A stretch of DNA of 64,000 nucleotides from an uncultured Ectothiorhodospiraceae bacterium (GTDB lineage Bacteria; Pseudomonadota; Gammaproteobacteria; JAABTG01), in contig CAYTPQ010000015.1 in assembly GCA_964439835.1 (NCBI GenBank), positions 310 to 64,309 of the forward strand, read 5' to 3'. The translations under genes and the position numbers were made by a program. The notes under the pieces were generated by a model. That model worked only from the letters and a program-made list of their open reading frames with translations, had not been told where the DNA came from and ran no database searches. The stretch's first letter is position 1. The number at the start of each line of letters is the position of its first letter. This document shows, piece by piece, positions 8,952 through 15,758 of this stretch.

Positions 8952-10235
8952 ATGAGCAGCATCAATCGTCGCGAGTTCGTCAAGCTGGCCGGCGCCGCAA
9001 CCGCGCTTGGCACCATGGGGTTCCCCCTGATCAGCTTCGGCGCCCCGAAGGCGAAGGTGGTGGTCGTCGGTGGCGGCTACTCCGGCGCCATCGTCGCGAA
9101 GTACACGCGGATGTATTCACCGGACATCGAGGTGACGCTGATCGAGAAGGAGAAGGAGTACATCTCCTGCCCGTTCAGCAACGAGGTGATCGGCGGTGAG
9201 CGGGACATCAAGACGCTCACCTTCACCTACGCGGGCCTCGGCAAGCACGGGGTCAACGTGGTGACCGACGAGGTGGTGGAGATCGACACCGCGAAGAAGA
9301 CGGTGAAGACCAAGGGCGGGAAGAGCTTCCAGGCCGACTATCTGGTGGTGGCGCCAGGCGTCGACTTCAAGTGGGGGGCGATTGCTGGGTACGACCAGGC
9401 GGCCAGCGAGCTGGTTCCGCACGCCTGGAAGGCGGGACCGCAGACCCTGCTGCTGAAGAAGCAGGTCGACGCGATGAAGGACGGGGGGCTTGCGATCATC
9501 GTGGCGCCGGCCAACCCCTTCCGTTGCCCGCCCGGCCCCTACGAGCGGGCGGCGACGATGGCCTTCAACCTGACGCATCACGGCAAGAAGAAGTGCAAGG
9601 TGATGATCCTGGACGCCAAGGACGCGTTCTCCAAGCAGGGGTTGTTCACCGCCGGGTGGAAGCACAACTACGGCGACATGATCGAGTGGGTGGGTGCCTC
9701 GGCGGGCGGCAAGGTGGAGTCGATTGACGCCAAGACTCTGACGGTGAAGGGCGAGTTCGACGAGTACAAGCCCGACGTGCTGAACGTCATTCCGCCGCAG
9801 AAGGCGGGTGCGATTGCGGAGAAGGCGGGTCTCACGGACGAGAAGGGCTGGTGCCCAGTGCACGGGGCGACCTTCGAGTCCAAGAAGGCGTCCGGGGTGT
9901 ACGTGGTAGGTGACGCCTGCATTGCCGGGGCGATGCCGAAATCGGGCTACGCGGCGAACACGCAGGCGAAGGTGGCGGCGGCGAACATCGCGGCAGCGGT
10001 GCTGGGGGTGAAGATCGCGAAGCCGGCGTTGACGAACACCTGTTACAGCCTGATTGCGCCGGACTACGGGATCTCGGTGGCAGGGGTGTACGGCATCGGG
10101 CCGGACGGGAACATCGTGGACGTCCAGGGCGCGGGCGGGGTCTCACCGGCGGACGCCAGCCTGGAGGCGCGCAAGCGCGAGGCGGTTTACGGCACGAGTT
10201 GGTACGATAATATCGTGGCCGACACCTTCAGCTGA
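8952..10235 (+). CDS. fccB: Flavocytochrome c sulfide dehydrogenase, flavoprotein subunit
   Basis: Tat signal (NRREFVK), FAD motif GGGYSG, catalytic cysteine contexts RCPPGPYERA and TNTCYSL. Confidence 0.93.
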   Translation: MSSINRREFVKLAGAATALGTMGFPLISFGAPKAKVVVVGGGYSGAIVAKYTRMYSPDIEVTLIEKEKEYISCPFSNEVIGGERDIKTLTFTYAGLGKHGVNVVTDEVVEIDTAKKTVKTKGGKSFQADYLVVAPGVDFKWGAIAGYDQAASELVPHAWKAGPQTLLLKKQVDAMKDGGLAIIVAPANPFRCPPGPYERAATMAFNLTHHGKKKCKVMILDAKDAFSKQGLFTAGWKHNYGDMIEWVGASAGGKVESIDAKTLTVKGEFDEYKPDVLNVIPPQKAGAIAEKAGLTDEKGWCPVHGATFESKKASGVYVVGDACIAGAMPKSGYAANTQAKVAAANIAAAVLGVKIAKPALTNTCYSLIAPDYGISVAGVYGIGPDGNIVDVQGAGGVSPADASLEARKREAVYGTSWYDNIVADTFS

Positions 10236-10341
10236 GGTTTGGCGTAGTCACTCGGCCGGTGTCTCCGGCGGGCGTTGCACCGCCTCGCCGGAAGCACCGG
10301 CCACAATTTGCCGCAGTGAGTTGGCGACTGCCAGGGGAGTG

Positions 10342-10947
10342 ATGCCCGTGTCCGAAACGAAGGAAGGGGGAGCGTCCGGCCGTCCCCACCGCAATTCGAA
10401 TCCCGCGGAAGCACCCTCGCAGGAGACCTCACGGGCGGCCGGGGGCACCGGCAGCACCGTGGCAAAGGTCGGGTTGATCGGCGTTCTCCTGATCGCCGCG
10501 GCGGGCGCCTTTCTGGGGATGGGCCTGTTCATGTGGAACATGGGCCGGGACATGACGACCATGACCACGGCCGTGGTCCAGATGGGCAAGGACGTCACCA
10601 GCATGGCCAACGACATGACGGTGATGACCGCGCAGATGAAGGTGATGGCCAAGAGCATGGTCGACGGCCAGGCCGCCATGGGCGCCGATCTGAATGCGAT
10701 GCGAGGGGGCATGGACTACATCGCCGGGAACATCGGCAGCATGAGCAAGGACATGCACGCGCTCAACGAGAACATTGCGGCGATGACCGGCAACATCGGG
10801 GCCATGACCAACGCGATGAACCAGATGAACGCCTCGATGGCGACGATGAACGGGTCCATCGGCGTCATGACCGGCACGATGGGCCACATGGCGTACGACA
10901 TCAACAAGTTCACCCGACCCGAGAGCATCATGACGCCGTTCCGGTAG
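10342..10947 (+). CDS. Membrane-anchored methionine-rich coiled-coil protein, unknown function
   Basis: GGGGAG RBS then ATG at 10342; one TM helix followed by about 27 Met, largely in alternating 3/4 spacing. Confidence 0.8.
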   Translation: MPVSETKEGGASGRPHRNSNPAEAPSQETSRAAGGTGSTVAKVGLIGVLLIAAAGAFLGMGLFMWNMGRDMTTMTTAVVQMGKDVTSMANDMTVMTAQMKVMAKSMVDGQAAMGADLNAMRGGMDYIAGNIGSMSKDMHALNENIAAMTGNIGAMTNAMNQMNASMATMNGSIGVMTGTMGHMAYDINKFTRPESIMTPFR

Positions 10948-10979
10948 GTCACTGCCGGTTGAACGGGAGGAGTAGAGCG

Positions 10980-11624
10980 ATGAAACGAGCCACGCTGCTG
11001 ACCCTCACGGCGCTGCTGACGAGCGCTGCAGCGGCGCAGCCCGGCGGTGCGCCGGGCTCCGCCTACCCGCCGGCGCCCGGTTACGGTGCGCCCGGCTACG
11101 GAGACCCTGCCGCCGGAGCGCCCCAGGGCTACGGTGGGATGCCGGGCTACGGCGCCCCGTCCTATGGTGGGCCGCCTCCGGGCGCCCCGTACGGCGCACC
11201 GGGGGCCGCGCCGCCGGCTGGCTACCCCGGCGCGGGTGGCCCGCCGGTGCCTGGTGGGGCCGCGGCCGAGAAGAAAGGGCCCATGGACAAGATGATGCAG
11301 CCGGTGCAGAAGATGATGGAGCCCGCAGAGAAGATGATGGCGCCGGCCGGGAAGATGATGGGCCCGATGGAGAAGATGATGGGCTCGGAGAAGGGTGCGG
11401 CGCCTCAGGCGGGGCCGCCGTCCCAGGGGCCCTACGGCGCGGCACCCGGCTATCCGGGCGCGCCGGGATACGGAGGTCCGCCTCAGGGCTACGGTCCTGC
11501 GCAGGGGTATGGGGCGCCCCCGGGCTACGGTGCCCCGCAGGGCTACGGCGCACCTCCACCCGGGGCTTACGGCCCCGGCCAGGGCGGGTATCCGGGTTAC
11601 GCCCCGCCGCCGCCTGCCCAGTGA
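10980..11624 (+). CDS. Secreted Gly/Tyr/Pro-rich protein resembling sulfur globule envelope proteins (Sgp-like)
   Basis: GGAGGAG RBS; Sec signal MKRATLLTLTALLTSAAAA; many GYGAP/PGYG repeats flanking five KMM-containing heptads. Family assignment rests on composition only. Confidence 0.7.
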   Translation: MKRATLLTLTALLTSAAAAQPGGAPGSAYPPAPGYGAPGYGDPAAGAPQGYGGMPGYGAPSYGGPPPGAPYGAPGAAPPAGYPGAGGPPVPGGAAAEKKGPMDKMMQPVQKMMEPAEKMMAPAGKMMGPMEKMMGSEKGAAPQAGPPSQGPYGAAPGYPGAPGYGGPPQGYGPAQGYGAPPGYGAPQGYGAPPPGAYGPGQGGYPGYAPPPPAQ

Positions 11625-11643
11625 GGTCGGCCCCGGGCTGACC

Positions 11644-11683
11644 CCGCGGCCGGTGGCGGATGTCTGCCACCGGCCGCGGTTTT
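11644..11683 (+). terminator. Rho-independent terminator closing the cytochrome/fcc operon
   Basis: CCGCGGCCGGTGGCGGA-TG-TCTGCCACCGGCCGCGG stem followed by TTTT. Confidence 0.7.
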
Positions 11684-11856
11684 CCCGAATCCCTCTCCAA
11701 CAAGCGGGCCCGTGCCCGGGGGGTTGCGCAACGCCCCCGTGGGTTGCCGCGGTCACGCGTGGCGGCCGCCCGCGCAGTAGCCGGGATCGCTTGCGCCCGT
11801 GGCGCGCGGCTCCGAGAATGGGCTGACCCGCCTACACGCCAGGAGGGCTCACCGCC

Positions 11857-12057
11857 GTGACGGTCACCCAGTTCGAAGAGATCGCGCTCACCGTCGGCAT
11901 CGCGGCCCTCGTCGGCCTGATGTTCTTCATCGTCTACGACCTGGCGCGCAAGTCTCGCGCGGGCCGGCTGGGGACGATTGTCCTGTTCCTGGCCCTCGGG
12001 CTCGGCGTTCTAGGGTTCCTCGCGAAGACCCTGTTCCAGTTCACGCTCGGTCTCTGA
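11857..12057 (+). CDS. DUF2788-family small membrane protein
   Basis: 66 aa, two TM helices, family-like motif IVYDLARKSRAGRLGTIVLFLALGLG. Confidence 0.8.
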   Translation: MTVTQFEEIALTVGIAALVGLMFFIVYDLARKSRAGRLGTIVLFLALGLGVLGFLAKTLFQFTLGL

Positions 12058-12284
12058 GTGCGGATACCGGACTGCGCGTAGATCCGCCAAACTGAAGCAG
12101 ACCGAGTCGCGACGCCGCACAGGGGGCATCCGCGACAGGCCTTCCACAGACTTACCCACAGAAAATGTGGACAGGTCCGAATTCCGTCGGCGCCCCCGGA
12201 GCTTGCCCGCACTTCGGCAGGGCTCACCTGAGCTGCCGTGCCTAACTGACCCTTGGTGCCTGTCGTCGGGAGGCAGTCCGCGGC

Positions 12285-13736
12285 TCACTCCGGCGTTGAG
12301 AGCCGCCTCGCCACCTCGCGGATGACGGCCCCCGCCATCTGCACGTCGGCGCGGGTCGTCTGCGTCTGGCCAACCTGGAAGCGGATCACAAAGCGTCCTT
12401 CGTGTGTCGTCTGGCTCAGATAGATCCGCCCGTCGTCGTTGATCGCCTGTAGCAGGGCCGCGTTGTGCGCGTCGACGCGCTCGGGCTCGGCGCCCGCGAG
12501 GGCGGGTGGGAGGTGGCGGAAGGTGAACAGCGACAGCATCGGCGGGGTGACGACCTCGAACATCGGGTCCGCCGCGAGCTCGCGCGCCAGCTCTTGCGAC
12601 CAGGCAATGTGCGATCGGATCTTCTCGCGCAGCGCCTCGACACCGTAGCTGCGGATCACGAACCAGAGCTTGAGCGCCCGGAAGCGGCGTCCGAGCGGGA
12701 CCGACCACTCGTTGAAGTCCGTCACCCCAGGGACCGCGCCCTCGCCCTGGCCGAGCGTGCGCAGATAGGCGGGCTTGAGTCCCAGCGCGTCGGTGAGCGA
12801 GCGCGGGTCGCGCACGAAGTGCGCCGAACAGTCGAAGTTCGTGAACAGCCACTTGTGCGGATTGAAGACCAGGCTGTCGACCGCCTCTGCCCCCTGCATG
12901 AGGTGGCGGTGCTCGGGGCAGATCATCGCCGCCCCCGCCCAGGCGGCGTCCACGTGCACGTAAAGCCCATGGCGGCGGGCCACCGCAGCGACGGCGGAGA
13001 GGTCGTCGCAGGCGCCGATCGACGTGCCGCCGAGGCAGCCGACCACCGCAATCGGTAGCCGCCCCTGCTGCCGATCGGCGGTGATCGCGGCGTCGAGTCC
13101 GCCGACGTCCATGGCGAAGCGAGGACCGATCGCCGCGATCTTGACCAGATTCTCGCTGCCGATCCCGGCCATGCGGACGGCCTTCTCGACCGAGGAATGC
13201 GTCTGCGTCGAGGCGTAGACCCGGAGCACCGGCTGTCCCGCCAGCCCCGCGCGGTTGCCGGCCTGCCCTAGCGCCCTCTCCCGCGCAGCCAGGATCGCGG
13301 CGAAGGTGGCGGTAGTCGCCGAGTCCTGGATCACGCCGGAGAACTCGGCGGGCAGTCCGATCATCTGGCGCAGCCACTCGAGCACGCGGACCTCGAGCTC
13401 GGTGGCCGCCGGTGAGGTCTGCCAGAGCATGCACTGCGCTGCGAGGGTCGCGGTCAAGAACTCCGCGACGACGGAGGGCGGGCTGGAATTCGCGGGGAAG
13501 TAGGCGAAGAAGCGAGGATGTTGCCAGTGCGTCATCCCCGGGAGGATGGTCCGTTCGAAGTCGGCGAAGATCGCGGCCATCGGCTCTCCCTGCTCCGGCG
13601 GCGCGAGGGGTATCGCGGCGTGAATCGCACCGGGCTTCGTCTGGGCCCGCACGGGGAAGCCCGCGACCCGTTCCAGGTAATCCGCCGCCCAGTTCGCCGC
13701 TTGGGCCGCCCAGTGCCGGAACTCGGTCCGATCCAC
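12285..13736 (-). CDS. Group II PLP-dependent decarboxylase (aromatic-L-amino-acid decarboxylase-like)
   Basis: HWQHPRFFAYFP, TSPAATELE, HVDAAWAG and PLP-lysine motif FNPHKW. Likely start GTG at 13736 (track ORF starts 13853). Confidence 0.9.
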   Translation of the reverse strand: MDRTEFRHWAAQAANWAADYLERVAGFPVRAQTKPGAIHAAIPLAPPEQGEPMAAIFADFERTILPGMTHWQHPRFFAYFPANSSPPSVVAEFLTATLAAQCMLWQTSPAATELEVRVLEWLRQMIGLPAEFSGVIQDSATTATFAAILAARERALGQAGNRAGLAGQPVLRVYASTQTHSSVEKAVRMAGIGSENLVKIAAIGPRFAMDVGGLDAAITADRQQGRLPIAVVGCLGGTSIGACDDLSAVAAVARRHGLYVHVDAAWAGAAMICPEHRHLMQGAEAVDSLVFNPHKWLFTNFDCSAHFVRDPRSLTDALGLKPAYLRTLGQGEGAVPGVTDFNEWSVPLGRRFRALKLWFVIRSYGVEALREKIRSHIAWSQELARELAADPMFEVVTPPMLSLFTFRHLPPALAGAEPERVDAHNAALLQAINDDGRIYLSQTTHEGRFVIRFQVGQTQTTRADVQMAGAVIREVARRLSTPE

Positions 13737-13862
13737 CCGCCTGTTCCCACCTCGGGCTGGAGGCTGCTGGGACTTCGCGCGAAGACGCTGTTCCAGGCCG
13801 CTCTCGGTCGGCGCCTGGCGACGGCTCGTCAGGCGAGCCGCCGCCAGGCCCACGGGCCTGGG

Positions 13863-14894
13863 TCAGGTGTGGGGAGGGTGCTGGGGCGGCAACGCCGGCG
13901 CCAGCCCCCGTGACTGCAGCTCCGCGTACCACAGGTCGTGGTGCTGCTGGACCCAGCGGGCATCCGCATACCCGGTCTTCATAGTCTCGAAGGCCCCCTC
14001 CACGCCGACCGTCGCCAGATAGAGGTGGACGGTGAAGAAGGCGAGCACCACGATCGAGGCGACCGTGTGCAGCACGTGCGCCGCCTGCATCACCTCCCGC
14101 CCCTGGCCATAATTGGGGAAGTCGAGCACCAGGCCGGAGACGCTGAGCGCAATCCCCATGAAGACTGCGGTCCAGAACCACAGCTTCTGGCCGGCGTTGA
14201 CCTTCTCGGAGCTCGGGTGGGGCCCGCCGAGGTAGCCACCGGCCATCAGGAACCACTTCAGGTCGACCTTCAGATTGAACAGCGAGTCCCGCAGGTACTT
14301 GAAGAACATGATCGGGACCATGACGACGAAGAAGGGTCCTACGAAGTTGTGCACGTTCTTGCTCACGATCGCGATCGCGGAGAAGACCTCCGGGCCGAGG
14401 ACCGGCATCAGGATCCAGCGTCCGAACAGCAGCACCACACCTGTCAGGCCCAGGAGCACGAACGGGATCGCGACCAGCCAGTGCACGACCCGATCCATGC
14501 GCGTGTAGCGCTCTACCTGTACGCCGGAGCGTCCGCCTTCGATGCGCAGGCGGCCCCGGAACAAGAAGTACAGGACGAACACGCCGACCATGCCGCCGAG
14601 GACGAGGCCGCCGTACGGCACCAGATAGGACACCCGGTACTCCCGCCAGAGCTCGCCGGTCTCGGTGATCAGGACGCCGGTGTCGACACCTTGAACTTGA
14701 GTCGCGCCCACGCCGGCGTGGCGAGCCTCGCGCCAGAGATCGGCACCGGGGTTCGGCACCGAGATCGGGCCACTTCCCAGAGGGGGAGTCTGGGCGAGGA
14801 GGGGAAGGGCGAGCGTCAGGAGCAACACCGCAACGAATGCCCGGCCGAGGCGGGCCGGTGCTGCGCGAGGTGTTTCACTTTGCAGTCCGCTCAC
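13863..14894 (-). CDS. fdhI: Formate dehydrogenase gamma subunit (cytochrome b556) with periplasmic N-terminal extension
   Basis: Four TM helices with heme His residues (VVHW, VHNF, VLHT, TVHLY), KVNAGQK motif, downstream of fdhB. Start approximate. Confidence 0.88.
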   Translation of the reverse strand: MSGLQSETPRAAPARLGRAFVAVLLLTLALPLLAQTPPLGSGPISVPNPGADLWREARHAGVGATQVQGVDTGVLITETGELWREYRVSYLVPYGGLVLGGMVGVFVLYFLFRGRLRIEGGRSGVQVERYTRMDRVVHWLVAIPFVLLGLTGVVLLFGRWILMPVLGPEVFSAIAIVSKNVHNFVGPFFVVMVPIMFFKYLRDSLFNLKVDLKWFLMAGGYLGGPHPSSEKVNAGQKLWFWTAVFMGIALSVSGLVLDFPNYGQGREVMQAAHVLHTVASIVVLAFFTVHLYLATVGVEGAFETMKTGYADARWVQQHHDLWYAELQSRGLAPALPPQHPPHT

Positions 14895-15077
14895 GGAAGG
14901 TCCTCCCGCGGCACGGCCGTCGCTGCGGTGGCCGCCCGCTCGAACAGCGCCGGATCGGCTCCGCACCGCGCCTGTCCCGGGGGGTGTGGAGCCACCCGCT
15001 GCGCCCGATAGGTCCGCGGGAGCGGTGACCTACGCCGGTCTGCCGGCGCTGAGGCCGCCGCTCCCTCGGAGTAGCCT

Positions 15078-15150
15078 CATCCCTGGAGGCATGGAGCCCC
15101 CGGGCGGGCCGAGTCCAGCGCTCGCCCCGGGGCTCCATGCCTCTCGGATG
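15078..15150. repeat. Long intergenic hairpin between fdhB and fdhI
   Basis: GAGGCATGGAGCCCCCGGG (15086-15104) pairs almost perfectly with CCCCGGGGCTCCATGCCTC (15125-15143), extended by CATCC/GGATG. Confidence 0.6.
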
Positions 15151-15156
15151 GCATGG

Positions 15157-15741
15157 TCAGCCCTTCTTGCCGTAGGCAGCGCCCCAGCCGAAGGAGAAGC
15201 CGGCGGCGCCCCGGTAGGCCACCCGCTGCCGGAAGATGTCGGAGACCACGTCGCCGTCGCCAGCCAGGAGGGCCTTGGTGGAGCACATCTCCGCGCAGAG
15301 CGGGAGCTTCCCCTCGGATAGCCGATCGCGCCCGTACTGGCGCACACCGTCCGCCCCCTCGACCGGTCCGCCGGCGCAGAAGGTGCACTTGTCCATCTTG
15401 CCCCGGGAGCCGAAGGCGCCACCGGCCGGGAACTGCGGTGCCCCGAACGGGCAGGCGTAGAAGCAGTACCCGCAGCCGATGCAGATGTCCTTGTTGTGCA
15501 GTACCACGCCGTCGTCGGTCTGGTAGAAGCAGTCGACCGGGCAGACCGCCATGCACGGGGCATCCGAGCAGTGCATGCAGGCCACCGAGAGCGAGCGCTC
15601 GCCGGGCGAGCCGTCCTTGATGGTCACCACCCGGCGCCGGTTGACGCCCCAGGGGATCTCGTGCTCGTTCTTGCACGCCGTCACACACGCGTTGCACTCG
15701 ATGCAGCGCTCCGCGTCACACAGGAACTTCATGCGGGCCAT
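15157..15741 (-). CDS. fdhB: Formate dehydrogenase iron-sulfur (beta) subunit
   Basis: Four 4Fe-4S Cys groups (CIECNAC, CMHCSDAPC, CIGCGYC, KCTFC). Confidence 0.93.
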   Translation of the reverse strand: MARMKFLCDAERCIECNACVTACKNEHEIPWGVNRRRVVTIKDGSPGERSLSVACMHCSDAPCMAVCPVDCFYQTDDGVVLHNKDICIGCGYCFYACPFGAPQFPAGGAFGSRGKMDKCTFCAGGPVEGADGVRQYGRDRLSEGKLPLCAEMCSTKALLAGDGDVVSDIFRQRVAYRGAAGFSFGWGAAYGKKG

Positions 15742-15758
15742 GGCTCAATCCCCTCCTG

